From an uncultured Gemmatimonadales bacterium (lineage in GTDB: Bacteria; Gemmatimonadota; Gemmatimonadetes; Gemmatimonadales; GWC2-71-9), in the NCBI GenBank assembly GCA_963825055.1, contig CAWGSK010000030.1, positions 1 through 64,000 of the forward strand: a DNA stretch of 64,000 nt, in the 5' to 3' direction. The notes under the pieces were generated by a model that worked only from the letters and a program-made list of their open reading frames with translations, searched no databases and had not been told where the DNA came from. A program made the position numbers and the translations under genes. Below are positions 46,595 through 55,730 of this stretch, piece after piece (position 1 is the first letter of the stretch; each line of letters begins with the position of its first letter).

Positions 46595-46949
46595 CGATGG
46601 TCTGGGCGAGCGTGTCGAGATCGAAAGGCTTGACGAGATAACCGGAATATGCGAGGTCGAGCATGCGGAGTTGTGGCTCGCTGCTGACGTAGGCGGTGGT
46701 GATGATCACGGGAAGGTCCGGGCGGATTTCACGGATCCGCCGGAGGAGGTCCACTCCGTCGGTGTCGGGCAGCCTCATGTCGAGCACGACGACTTCGGGC
46801 TCGTGCACGCGCAGACGGCCCATTGCCTCGCTGCCACTGGCGGCGAACGCCATGTCGTAGCGGGGGTGAAAGTAACGCTGGTAACTGGTCCGGAGCGCCG
46901 GCTCATCCTCGATGAAGAGGACCCGGCGTCGCGGCGGGCTTGGATCCAT
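46584..46949 (-). CDS. Single-domain response regulator
   Basis: LFIEDE, VVLDMRLPDTDG, IITTAY, YLVKPFD. Confidence 0.9.
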   Translation of the reverse strand: MDPSPPRRRVLFIEDEPALRTSYQRYFHPRYDMAFAASGSEAMGRLRVHEPEVVVLDMRLPDTDGVDLLRRIREIRPDLPVIITTAYVSSEPQLRMLDLAYSGYLVKPFDLDTLAQTIDAA

Positions 46950-47091
46950 CCCTGCTCACCTATCGCAGCGAGGCGTTGGCCAACGGTGCAATATAGCGGA
47001 GGATGGGACTCGCGCACGGCGGGCCGGGAGACGGGCAGCAGGCCCCGGACGGAGGAGGCCTCCCTCCGGTCGCCTGCGACCCGCCTGCGGG

Positions 47092-47403
47092 TTACCCGTG
47101 GTGGGTCTCAAGCAGGAAAAGGTCGTCCAGTTTCGTGAGCATGAGCAGGTAACGCAGCTCATCACTGGTGTTGCGCAGGACCACGTCGCGCTGCCGTTCG
47201 GCGGCCTTGCGCTGGATCAGCATCAGCGCGCCGAGTCCGGCGGAGTCCACCCGCGTTGTGGCCTTCAGGTCGATGATCAGCTGCCCATCGCCTTGTGGCA
47301 GGTCGTCCAGCAGGCGGAAGGCTTCCTGACGGAAGTTATTACGCGAATCCAGCCCCAGGTGTTCGGGTGCGGACAGCATGGCTTTCTTCGGGTTCGGCGA
47401 CAT
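47092..47403 (-). CDS. STAS-domain anti-sigma-factor antagonist
   Basis: LIIDL..TRVDSAGLGAL (phospho-Ser motif), LTKLDDLF; GGAGG RBS. Confidence 0.88.
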   Translation of the reverse strand: MSPNPKKAMLSAPEHLGLDSRNNFRQEAFRLLDDLPQGDGQLIIDLKATTRVDSAGLGALMLIQRKAAERQRDVVLRNTSDELRYLLMLTKLDDLFLLETHHG

Positions 47404-47618
47404 GTTTCCTCCGCCACCCGGAAACGAGCAAAGCGTGGGGGGTCCACGCCGCTCCTATGGCTGAACGCACCACGCTTTCGCGTTGCATTCCACCTTCGGC
47501 ACCGAGCTATCTCCCATCGGGAGACCTCTGGTTTTGCGGCCCCGGATCGCTCCGGGTGTGCTCTTATCGGGCGGATCAATTGTCTGCGAGCCTTTCGGGC
47601 CCGCGGTCACTGTAGATG

Positions 47619-47665
47619 GCGAGACGGGTGCCAGAACCCAGACCGAGTTGTGCCCCAACGACTTA
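47619..47665 (-). promoter_or_regulatory. Possible sigma54 promoter with upstream IHF-like site, facing the STAS gene
   Basis: Minus strand TGGCAC-N5-TCGC (47633-47619) and TAAGTCGTTG (47665-47656). Confidence 0.35.
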
Positions 47666-47833
47666 GGAGCGCCGTGCAATAGCGTGCGCAGGCCTTTTCC
47701 CTAGCACTCCGCCTGTGGCGTGGGAGAACTGCAACGCGAAAATCAGCACTCCCGAACGGGCCGTTCCCGTTTACATATGTATGGTACCGTGTCGCAGGAC
47801 ATCACTGGCCGTCCCCCAACCAGACGGAACACC

Positions 47834-49786
47834 ATGAGCGACCAACTCGACACCCTTCTTTCCGAGCAGCGCAGCTTCCCGCCCGACCAGGCCTTCCAGG
47901 ACCAGGCCAATGCACAGCCGGAGATCTACGATCGCGCCGCAAGGGACCGGGAAGCCTTCTGGGCCGAGGAGGCCAGGGCCCTGGACTGGATCACCCCCTG
48001 GACGACGGTGCTGGAGTGGAAACGCCCCCATGCGAAATGGTTCGTGGGCGGCACACTCAACGTTTCCGCCAATTGTCTCGACCGGCACCTGGCCGGTCCA
48101 CGGCGCAACAAGGCCGCGCTCATCTGGGAGGGAGAGCCCGGCGACCGCCGGGTCCTGACGTACCGTGACCTCTGGCGCGAAGTGAACCGGGCTGCCTCCG
48201 GGCTCAAGAAGCTCGGCGTGAAGAAGGGAGACCGGGTCGCCATCTATCTGCCCATGATCCCCGAGGCCGCCATCGCCATGCTGGCGTGTGCCCGGATCGG
48301 GGCGGTGCATTCGGTGGTCTTCGGCGGCTTCTCCGCGGAGTCCCTCCGGGACAGAATCAATGACGCGGAGGCCAAGGTCCTGATCACGGCTGACGGCGGG
48401 TACCGGCGGGGTGGGATCGTACCCCTCAAACGGTTTGCCGACGAGGCCGTGAAGGAGTGTCCCTCCATCCAGCACGTGGTGGTGGTTCGCCGTCGCGCCG
48501 GGTCCGAGGGCGACGAGGCCTTTGCGTCCTTCAACGAGGGCCGGGATCACTGGTGGCACCGCCTGCTGGATTCCGCCGAGCCCCGCTGCGAGCCCGAGCC
48601 GATGGACGCCGAGGACATGCTGTTCATCCTCTATACGTCCGGCACCACCGGGAAGCCCAAGGGCATCGTCCATACGACCGGAGGCTACCTCACGCACGTC
48701 ACTGCCACCACGAAGTACGTCTTCGACCTGAAAGACGAGGACGTCTTCTGGTGCTCGGCGGATGTCGGCTGGGTGACTGGGCACTCCTACGTGGTCTATG
48801 GCCCGCTCGCCAACGGGGCCACGGTCCTCATGTACGAGGGGGCCCCTGACTGGCCGGAGCGCGACCGGTTCTGGGATATCATCGAGAAGTACGGCGTCAC
48901 GGTGTTCTACACCGCCCCCACCGCAATCCGCGCTTTCATGAAGTGGGGCGACACCCACCCGGCAAAGCATGACTTGTCCAGCCTCCGCCTTCTCGGCACC
49001 GTGGGTGAGCCGATCAACCCGGAGGCGTGGATGTGGTACCACCGGCACATCGGTGAGGAACGGTGCCCCATCGTGGACACCTGGTGGCAGACCGAGACCG
49101 GAGGCATCATGATCACGCCGTTGCCCGGAGTCACCGCGACCAGGCCCGGCTCGGCTACCGTACCGTTCCCGGGCATCTGCGCGGAACTGGTGGACAGCAC
49201 CGGGAAGGCCATTCCCCAGGGCGGCGGCTTCCTGACCATCACCGAGCCATGGCCGGGGATGCTCCGGACGATCTACGGCGATGACGAGCGCTACCGGGAG
49301 ACGTACTGGAGCCGGTTCCCCGACCGCTACTTCGCCGGCGATGGTGCCAAGCGGGGGGAAGACGGCTACTGGTGGATCCTGGGCCGGGTGGACGACGTGC
49401 TGAATATCGCCGGGCATCGGATCGGCACCATGGAGGTCGAGAGTGCGCTGGTGGACCACCCGGCCGTAGCCGAGGCGGCCGCCGTCGGCAAGGCGCATGA
49501 ACTCAAGGGCCAGGCCCTGGCGGCGTTCGTCACGCTGAGGGAAGGCCGGGACCCCACCGACGAGCTGAAGGATGACCTGAAGGAGCACGTCGTCACCAAG
49601 ATCGGGGCCATTGCCCGCCCGGACGACATCATCTTCACCGCGGACCTCCCCAAGACCCGGAGCGGGAAAATCATGCGCCGGCTCCTTAAGGACATCGCCG
49701 AGGGGCGGGCGCTGGGTGACACCACCACGCTGGCGGACCCCAACGTGGTGCAGGCGCTGAAGGAGAAGTACGAGGGGAGTGAGTAG
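47834..49786 (+). CDS. acs: Acetyl-CoA synthetase (acetate-CoA ligase)
   Basis: [52 protein letters not shown]. Confidence 0.97.
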   Translation: MSDQLDTLLSEQRSFPPDQAFQDQANAQPEIYDRAARDREAFWAEEARALDWITPWTTVLEWKRPHAKWFVGGTLNVSANCLDRHLAGPRRNKAALIWEGEPGDRRVLTYRDLWREVNRAASGLKKLGVKKGDRVAIYLPMIPEAAIAMLACARIGAVHSVVFGGFSAESLRDRINDAEAKVLITADGGYRRGGIVPLKRFADEAVKECPSIQHVVVVRRRAGSEGDEAFASFNEGRDHWWHRLLDSAEPRCEPEPMDAEDMLFILYTSGTTGKPKGIVHTTGGYLTHVTATTKYVFDLKDEDVFWCSADVGWVTGHSYVVYGPLANGATVLMYEGAPDWPERDRFWDIIEKYGVTVFYTAPTAIRAFMKWGDTHPAKHDLSSLRLLGTVGEPINPEAWMWYHRHIGEERCPIVDTWWQTETGGIMITPLPGVTATRPGSATVPFPGICAELVDSTGKAIPQGGGFLTITEPWPGMLRTIYGDDERYRETYWSRFPDRYFAGDGAKRGEDGYWWILGRVDDVLNIAGHRIGTMEVESALVDHPAVAEAAAVGKAHELKGQALAAFVTLREGRDPTDELKDDLKEHVVTKIGAIARPDDIIFTADLPKTRSGKIMRRLLKDIAEGRALGDTTTLADPNVVQALKEKYEGSE

Positions 49787-49902
49787 TGGGTAGTGAGTAG
49801 TGCTTTAGGGAAAGTCCCCTGCACAATGGGCAGCCCCGATCGCGATGCTTCCGCGCGGCAGTGAAGCCTGCCACAAAGCTACTCGCTACTCACTACTCAC
49901 TA
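49777..49902. repeat. Inverted heptamer-array element, same family as 44306-44395
   Basis: gagtgag tagtggg tagtgag tagtgct ... ctactcg ctactca ctactca cta; contains stop codons of both acs and kup. Confidence 0.85.
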
Positions 49903-51807
49903 CAACTGTATCTGCGCCCCCATCTCCACCACCCGGTTCGGCGGCAGGCCGAAGTAGGCGGTGGCGGTGCGGGCGTTTCGCGTCATGATGATGAAGAGTC
50001 GTTTGCGCCAGCCCGCCATCTTCGACTTGCCGGTGGGAAGCAGGGTCTCCCGGCCCAGGTAGAAGGTCGTCTCCATCAGCTTGATGGAGAGGCCACGGGC
50101 CTCGAGGATTCGCAGCACCGCCGCCATGTCCGGCGACTCCATGAAACCGTAGCGGACCAGCACCTGGAGGAATCCTTCGGTCAGCGGCTTGATCTCCACC
50201 CGCTCGGTTTCTGGGACGGTCGGGATCTCATCCGACACGAAGCTCATCAACAGCACGCGCTCGTGCAGCACCTTGTTGTGCTTGATGTGATGCAGGAGCA
50301 CCGGCGGCGCGCCGCTCACGTCGGAAGTCATGAAGACGGCGGTGCCCGGGACACGCGCGGGCTGGCGGCGGGCGATGTCCCCCAGAAAAAGGTCAATCGG
50401 CAGGGAGTTGCTGCGCATGATGCTGGAAAGGAAGAACCGTCCCCGCTTCCAGGTGGACATCAGGACGAATATGATGCCCGCCACCATCAGTGGGAACCAC
50501 CCGCCATGGGGAATCTTCACGAGGTTGGCGAGCAGGAAGGCCAGGTCGACGAAGAGCAGGGCCGCCCCGAGGATGGCCACCCGCCACCAGCCCCATCGCC
50601 ACCGCTCCCGCGCCACGGCACAGAAGAGAATTGTGGTGACAGCCATGGTACCCGTCACCGCCACGCCGTAGGTCGCGGCCAGTGCCGAGGAGGTCCGGAA
50701 ACCCAGCACCAGCCCCACGCAGGCGATCCCGACGGCGATGTTCACCTCGGGGATGTAGATCTGCCCGACCTCGGTCTCCGAGGTGTGCACAATGGTCACG
50801 CGCGGGCTGTAGCCGAGCTGGACGGCCTGCTGGGTCAGGGAGAACGCCCCGGAGATCAGCGCCTGCGACGCCACCACCGCGGCAGCCGTCGCAATGCCGA
50901 TCATGGGATACAGCGCCCACCCCGGGACCAGCGAATAGAACGGATTGACCGCCGCGGCCGGATTGCGCAGTAGCAGCGCCCCCTGGCCGAAATAGTTGAG
51001 CAGGAGGGCAGGCAGGACGAAACAGAACCAGGCGAGGCGGATCGGCCGCTTGCCGAAATGTCCCATGTCGGCGTAGAGGGCCTCGCCGCCGGTAACCACC
51101 AGGACCACCGCCGCGAGGACGAGGAACCCCGTCTTCCCCTCCCGGCTCAGGAAATCCACCGCGTGGAGCGGCGACAGGGCGCGGAGGACGTCGGGCTCCT
51201 GCAGGATCCCATGCACGCCCAGGGCCGCAATGCACACAAACCACACCGACGTCACCGGCCCGAACATCTTGCCGACCGCCGCGGTCCCGTGCTTCTGCAC
51301 CGCAAACAGCCCGACGATGATGACCAGGCTGATCCAGATGACCCAGTGCTGGAGCGCGGGCGCGGCCACCGCGAGCCCCTCCATCGCCCCGAGGACGGAG
51401 ATGGCCGGCGTGATGATGCCGTCCCCGTAGAGGAGCGCGGAGCCGAACAGCCCGGCCATGATCAGGAGCCAGCGGCGCCCGCGGACGTTGACGCGCGGGC
51501 GGAGGAGGGCGAGCAGGGCCAGAATCCCACCCTCGCCCCGGTTGTCCGCCTGCATCATGAACCCCAGGTACTTGAAGCTCACAATGAAATTGAGTGACCA
51601 GAAGATCAGCGACAGGACCCCCAGCACGTTCGCCGGGGATGCGGTGATACCGTAGACGCCGTAGAAGCACTCCCGCAGGGCGTACAGCGGGCTGGTGCCG
51701 ATATCGCCGTACACCACGCCCAGGGCGGCAAAGGAGAGAAAAAACAGGGCCTTGCCCCGCGGGGACGGGGCGTCGGGCCCTTGGGGCGGCAGGGGCGTCT
51801 CACTCAT
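49900..51807 (-). CDS. kup: Potassium uptake protein Kup
   Basis: GVVYGDIGTSPLYA, ADNRGEGG, YGDGIITPAISVL, GGEALYADMGHFG, GQIYIP, HNKVLHE. Confidence 0.96.
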   Translation of the reverse strand: MSETPLPPQGPDAPSPRGKALFFLSFAALGVVYGDIGTSPLYALRECFYGVYGITASPANVLGVLSLIFWSLNFIVSFKYLGFMMQADNRGEGGILALLALLRPRVNVRGRRWLLIMAGLFGSALLYGDGIITPAISVLGAMEGLAVAAPALQHWVIWISLVIIVGLFAVQKHGTAAVGKMFGPVTSVWFVCIAALGVHGILQEPDVLRALSPLHAVDFLSREGKTGFLVLAAVVLVVTGGEALYADMGHFGKRPIRLAWFCFVLPALLLNYFGQGALLLRNPAAAVNPFYSLVPGWALYPMIGIATAAAVVASQALISGAFSLTQQAVQLGYSPRVTIVHTSETEVGQIYIPEVNIAVGIACVGLVLGFRTSSALAATYGVAVTGTMAVTTILFCAVARERWRWGWWRVAILGAALLFVDLAFLLANLVKIPHGGWFPLMVAGIIFVLMSTWKRGRFFLSSIMRSNSLPIDLFLGDIARRQPARVPGTAVFMTSDVSGAPPVLLHHIKHNKVLHERVLLMSFVSDEIPTVPETERVEIKPLTEGFLQVLVRYGFMESPDMAAVLRILEARGLSIKLMETTFYLGRETLLPTGKSKMAGWRKRLFIIMTRNARTATAYFGLPPNRVVEMGAQIQL

Positions 51808-52238
51808 GCCGCCATCCGGGGGCGCGAGGATCGCCAGGCAAGGAGGGAGGCGATGAACAGCAGCAGGACGATGACCGCCGACCCGACGCACCAGCGGCAG
51901 ATGGCATGGATCACGAACAGTTCGAGCGCGGTGAGGTACGCGGCAAACGCGAGCGCGCCACCACTCAGGGCCACCAGTACGGCATCGGGCCAGGTCCGCC
52001 CGGCGTAACGGGCGGACAGTCCGGCGAGGGCCACGCCCAGCATCAGGACGTATCCCACCAGGCCGATGAGCGAGACCTCCACGCCAAGGAACCGGGCGTA
52101 TGGGCTCAGTTGAACGGTCTCACACCCGCCAGTACCGCACGCCAGCGTGCCGATGTACCCGAGCTTGTACAGGTAGAGGTAGGCCGCCACGAACACGCCC
52201 GCGAGGCTGAGGATGGCGGCCGCCATCCGGTATTTCAT
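51804..52238 (-). CDS. Vitamin K epoxide reductase (VKOR) family disulfide-formation protein
   Basis: CGTGGCETVQLS, ICRWC, four TM segments. Confidence 0.92.
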   Translation of the reverse strand: MKYRMAAAILSLAGVFVAAYLYLYKLGYIGTLACGTGGCETVQLSPYARFLGVEVSLIGLVGYVLMLGVALAGLSARYAGRTWPDAVLVALSGGALAFAAYLTALELFVIHAICRWCVGSAVIVLLLFIASLLAWRSSRPRMAA

Positions 52239-52924
52239 GGGGTCGTGTCAGCGGCGATGAGCGTGTTGACCATCTGCTCGATCCGGTCGGAGCCGACCGC
52301 GCCGGGCACGAGCGTATTCCCGATCACGAACGTGGGCGTGGAGTTGGCGCCGACCCGGACGGCTTCCTGGAGGCTGGCCTCAATGCGCCCGGCGTACTTC
52401 GCCGACTCCATGCAGGCATCGTACTGGCCCATGTCCAGGCCGTTCTGCTTCGCGTAGTCCCGGAAAAGGTTTCCAGCGTTGTTCGACGCCGACCACGCGG
52501 CCTGCCCGTCGTACAGGGCGGCATGCTGCTCCCAGAACTTCCCCTGCTCGTCAGCGCAGGCGGCGGAGTGGGCCGCCAGCCGCGAATGAGAGTGGATGTT
52601 CAGCGGGAAGTCCCGGTACCGCCAGCGGACCTTGCCGGTCTCGATGAGGCGCCGCTTCACCGCCCCGAACTGCTGGAGTTCGAACCCCTGACAGGCAGGA
52701 CACTGATAATCCGCATACTCGGTGATCATGACCGGCGCGGTCTCGCTGCCGAGGTAGTAGCCGCTGAACCCCGCGGTGTCGGACGCGACGATCTGCACGT
52801 CGGCGGGGATCGTCACGTTCCCGGGACGGTTGAAGACAATCCAGGCCAGGCCCCCAAACCCGGCTACCGCCAGTACCACGAATACCACGTAGAAGCGGCC
52901 TAGTCCCCCCTCGGTGGACGCCAT
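52235..52924 (-). CDS. Membrane-anchored DsbA/BdbD-like thioredoxin-fold protein
   Basis: EYADYQCPAC, YRDFPL, EQGKFW, STPTFVI. Confidence 0.9.
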   Translation of the reverse strand: MASTEGGLGRFYVVFVVLAVAGFGGLAWIVFNRPGNVTIPADVQIVASDTAGFSGYYLGSETAPVMITEYADYQCPACQGFELQQFGAVKRRLIETGKVRWRYRDFPLNIHSHSRLAAHSAACADEQGKFWEQHAALYDGQAAWSASNNAGNLFRDYAKQNGLDMGQYDACMESAKYAGRIEASLQEAVRVGANSTPTFVIGNTLVPGAVGSDRIEQMVNTLIAADTTP

Positions 52925-53217
52925 GGATCGTCTTCCTCCGGTTCATCGCTGCTTGGTGTGAAGCCGGATCCCCGGGCCTCCTCCACGATACGGCGGCTCT
53001 CGGCGATTTCCGGCGTGTCGTATGTGCACCTGACCTCGTAGTGGAACAACTCACTGCGGGCCTCGCCCAGCAACCGGATGAGCTCCGGAACGTGCCCCAG
53101 GAGGTCATCCGCCCCATCCAGGCGGTCGATCCGATCCCTCAACTCACGCAACAGCGCCCGCAGACGATCAGCCCGCTCCCTGCCGTAGATTTCTTCGTGA
53201 TCCGCCACGCCAGCCAT
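52900..53217 (-). CDS. Hypothetical helical protein
   Basis: Typical codon pattern, fills gap and overlaps dsbA start; no family recognised. Confidence 0.6.
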   Translation of the reverse strand: MAGVADHEEIYGRERADRLRALLRELRDRIDRLDGADDLLGHVPELIRLLGEARSELFHYEVRCTYDTPEIAESRRIVEEARGSGFTPSSDEPEEDDPWRPPRGD

Positions 53218-53303
53218 CCTTCAGCGAACCGAAGTCCGCCCGGGTCCGTAAGAGAAGTAGGGAAACATAACTACGGGCCCAGACCACGGGGCGTATGTTC
53301 GGT

Positions 53304-53332
53304 TTGCACCAATCGGTGCAAGCATGTATATT
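53304..53332 (+). promoter_or_regulatory. Putative sigma70 promoter overlapped by palindromic operator
   Basis: TTGCAC-N17-TATATT; palindrome TTGCACC-aatc-GGTGCAA at 53304-53321. Confidence 0.55.
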
Positions 53333-53366
53333 AAGAGGATACTGAAACCACTTTGGAGGGTGATGC

Positions 53367-53645
53367 ATGGCCAAGAAAAAGACCGGGCAGTCCGAATTCC
53401 CTCCTGCGTTCAGCCAAGCACGTGATGAGATGTTCAGCCATATCCTCCGCTGCGGCGTGCTGGAGGCAGAGCCTCCGCACCAGAAGGAATGGTTCGATGA
53501 TACCATGCTGTACCTCGCGGAGCGCTACGAGCAGCTGAGCGAGGAGGCACTGGCCGAGCTTCGAGTCCTGGGCGAGCGGTATTGCCAGCCGGTAATCAAC
53601 AACCGGGTGGCCGAGCCGGAAACGGCCGGAGCCGCCTCGGAGTAA
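53367..53645 (+). CDS. Small conserved-looking hypothetical protein
   Basis: GGAGG RBS, own promoter and terminator; ARDEMFSHILRCGV..WFDDTMLYLAERY. Confidence 0.75.
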   Translation: MAKKKTGQSEFPPAFSQARDEMFSHILRCGVLEAEPPHQKEWFDDTMLYLAERYEQLSEEALAELRVLGERYCQPVINNRVAEPETAGAASE

Positions 53646-53680
53646 CGCAGGTGACCGGGCCACCGCCCGGTATATAGAGC

Positions 53681-53725
53681 ATGAAGACGCGGCCCGCCGG
53701 AATCCGGCGGGCCGCGTCCTTTCAT
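53681..53725. terminator. Intrinsic terminator between convergent genes
   Basis: GACGCGGCCCGCCGG-aat-CCGGCGGGCCGCGTC flanked by ATGAA/TTTCAT. Confidence 0.8.
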
Positions 53726-53729
53726 ATCA

Positions 53730-54176
53730 TCAGCGTGCCCGGCGCCAGCGCCAGGCAGCCCCTACGCGCACGCCGCCTCCCAATCCGACCTCCAGCGCCC
53801 AGCCGGCCGGCAGCGCGGGCGCCGACTCCACCCCGAAAACCAGCACGACATAGCCGTCCGTGCCGTCCCCGCTCACCAGCGCAATGCCCCCGCCGGCGTA
53901 GGGCGTCAGCCCCGTGGTGCTGGGCTGGAGGAGGAAATGAGCGACGAGTTCGCCCCGGGCCGCCGGGTCCCCGCCCCGGCTGCCACCCAGGAGACCCGCC
54001 ATCACGCGCGAATGGGACGAGCGGAGCGCAACGAAGCCACCAGCACCCGCGAAGTCGCGATCGGCGAACGTCGCCACCGCGAGAGGCCCGTACTCCATCA
54101 CCCGCTGGGCGCGGGCGGGGGCCGGGAGGATCGACCCCGCCCCCAGCACGATCAGGCTAGTCCAGCACCACTTCAT
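53730..54176 (-). CDS. Small secreted outer-membrane beta-barrel-like protein
   Basis: Signal peptide PARA-Q; alternating beta pattern, PYAGGGI, EVGLGGGVRVGAAWRW. Confidence 0.6.
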   Translation of the reverse strand: MKWCWTSLIVLGAGSILPAPARAQRVMEYGPLAVATFADRDFAGAGGFVALRSSHSRVMAGLLGGSRGGDPAARGELVAHFLLQPSTTGLTPYAGGGIALVSGDGTDGYVVLVFGVESAPALPAGWALEVGLGGGVRVGAAWRWRRAR

Positions 54177-54567
54177 GCGTGATGTCGATGTCGGGGGCCA
54201 GGGAGTGAACCACCGAGCAGTATTTCTCGAGGCTCAGTTCCACCGCGCGCCCAGCCTTTGCCTCGTCCAGACCGTCACCCCGCAGGTGGTAGGCGAGGTG
54301 CAGGGCGACATATCGCCGCGGCTCCTCCTCGCGGCGGGTCCCGGAAGCCTCCACCCGGAACGCACGCAGGTCGATCCGCATCTTCTGGATGATGTGGACG
54401 ACGTCCGCCGCACTGCACGATGCGACGGCCAGCAGGAGCGTCAGCATCGGCCCCGGACCCATCGCGTTGTCGCCGTCGATGGTGATCCAGGGACGGTTCG
54501 CCTCCCCGCCCTCGAACCGCAGGTCCTTCTTCCAGTCCAGTGTGATGCGCTTGATTTCCTGGGCCAC
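54157..54567 (-). CDS. OsmC/YhfA-family protein
   Basis: GPGPMLTLLLAVASCSAADV, AVELSLEKYCSV; GTG start with GAGG RBS. Confidence 0.88.
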   Translation of the reverse strand: MAQEIKRITLDWKKDLRFEGGEANRPWITIDGDNAMGPGPMLTLLLAVASCSAADVVHIIQKMRIDLRAFRVEASGTRREEEPRRYVALHLAYHLRGDGLDEAKAGRAVELSLEKYCSVVHSLAPDIDITHEVVLD

Positions 54568-54580
54568 GTGGCACCCTCGG

Positions 54581-55159
54581 TCAGGTGGATCCGGGCGCTG
54601 GCCCGGAAGGATCGCGCGGCGCGGTACGAAGCCGGCGGGCCTCGCGCGATGCGACGCGCTGGTAGTCATACACGGCGTACAGCCCCATCCCGGCCGTCGC
54701 CCAGGCCAGGGGCCGGAGCAGCACCGAGTCCGCCAGGAATGCGACCAGGGTGAGGACCTGCGCCAGGGTCACGGCCTTCCCGCCGGCACGAGCCGGAATG
54801 GCGGCAGCTTTCTTCCGCCGGAGCGTGACGAGGAACGCGAGCGTCGCCCAGGCGTCCCGAACCAGAACCCCGGCGACTTCGTAGAACTGGAGCCGGCCGG
54901 AGACGGCCACCACTCCGAATGCCGCGGCCATGAACAGCTTGTCCGCGATCGGATCGAAGACGGGGCCCAGCCTGGACCCGCCCCAGCGCCGTGCCAGGTA
55001 GCCATCGAGAAGGTCTGACGCCGCGGCCGCTGCCAGGATAGCGAACCGGACCCCGGTCCCCGGCACCAGCACGAAGGCGACCGCGAGCGGGATCCGGAGG
55101 ACCGATAACGTGTCGGCCGGAGACCACCGGCCGGGTTGCTCAGCCACCCGCCGGCCCAT
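54581..55159 (-). CDS. CDP-alcohol phosphatidyltransferase family protein
   Basis: SDLLDGYLARRWGGSRLGPVFDPIADK (DG..AR..G..D..D). Confidence 0.88.
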   Translation of the reverse strand: MGRRVAEQPGRWSPADTLSVLRIPLAVAFVLVPGTGVRFAILAAAAASDLLDGYLARRWGGSRLGPVFDPIADKLFMAAAFGVVAVSGRLQFYEVAGVLVRDAWATLAFLVTLRRKKAAAIPARAGGKAVTLAQVLTLVAFLADSVLLRPLAWATAGMGLYAVYDYQRVASREARRLRTAPRDPSGPAPGST

Positions 55160-55200
55160 ACCTTCGGACGAGCCCCCACTTCCCCGCCCCGGACAGGCCC

Positions 55201-55659
55201 ATGGACCTCACGCTGCTGCGCCAGACCGCCATCTTCGCCGACATTGACGACGGCGAGATCATGCGCGTCGCCGAAACCTGCCAGGAGCTCACGTTCGGTG
55301 GAGGAGACTTCGTGTTCCACGAAGGGGAACCCGGCAACCGGCTGTACATCGTCGCCGAAGGCGAGGTACGAATCAGCCGCAACATTCCAGGCTCAGGCGA
55401 GGAAGCCCTCGCGGTCCTGAAACCCGGCGCGTGTTTCGGGGAGATGTCGGTCTTCGACCGTTCCCAGCGGTCCACCGATGCGATCGCCAATGGGCCCTGC
55501 CGCCTCATCTCCATCTCCCGATCCGATTTCGAACTCCTGCTCGACTTCAACCGCGAGCTCGCTCACAAGGTGCTCTGGTCCGTTGTCCGGCTGCTCTCCA
55601 CGCGGCTCCGCGTTACGAACGATAACCTCCGGACCTTCCTGGCGATGTCGATGTTCTGA
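55201..55659 (+). CDS. Stand-alone cyclic-nucleotide-binding domain protein
   Basis: VFHEGEPGNRLYIVAEGEVRI, PGACFGEMS..RSTDA; no HTH. Confidence 0.88.
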   Translation: MDLTLLRQTAIFADIDDGEIMRVAETCQELTFGGGDFVFHEGEPGNRLYIVAEGEVRISRNIPGSGEEALAVLKPGACFGEMSVFDRSQRSTDAIANGPCRLISISRSDFELLLDFNRELAHKVLWSVVRLLSTRLRVTNDNLRTFLAMSMF

Positions 55660-55730
55660 CAGACGGACAGACGGACAGGCGGTCAGTCGGTCGGTGGGTC
55701 CGCCTGACCGCCCGTCCGCCCGTCCGTCCC
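55658..55730. repeat. Inverted octamer-array element
   Basis: gacagacg gacagacg gacaggcg gtcagtcg gtcggtgg ... gcctgacc gcccgtcc gcccgtcc gtcc between convergent genes. Confidence 0.8.

Noticed and set aside
49806..49870. Spacer of the heptamer element contains TGCACAATGGGC and loosely resembles a conserved 16S rRNA stretch, with GGAAAGTCC recalling RNase P RNA
   Set aside because: Only about 12 nt match exactly, the rest needs several gaps, and it is far too short for either RNA; treated as chance unless BLASTN/Infernal says otherwise
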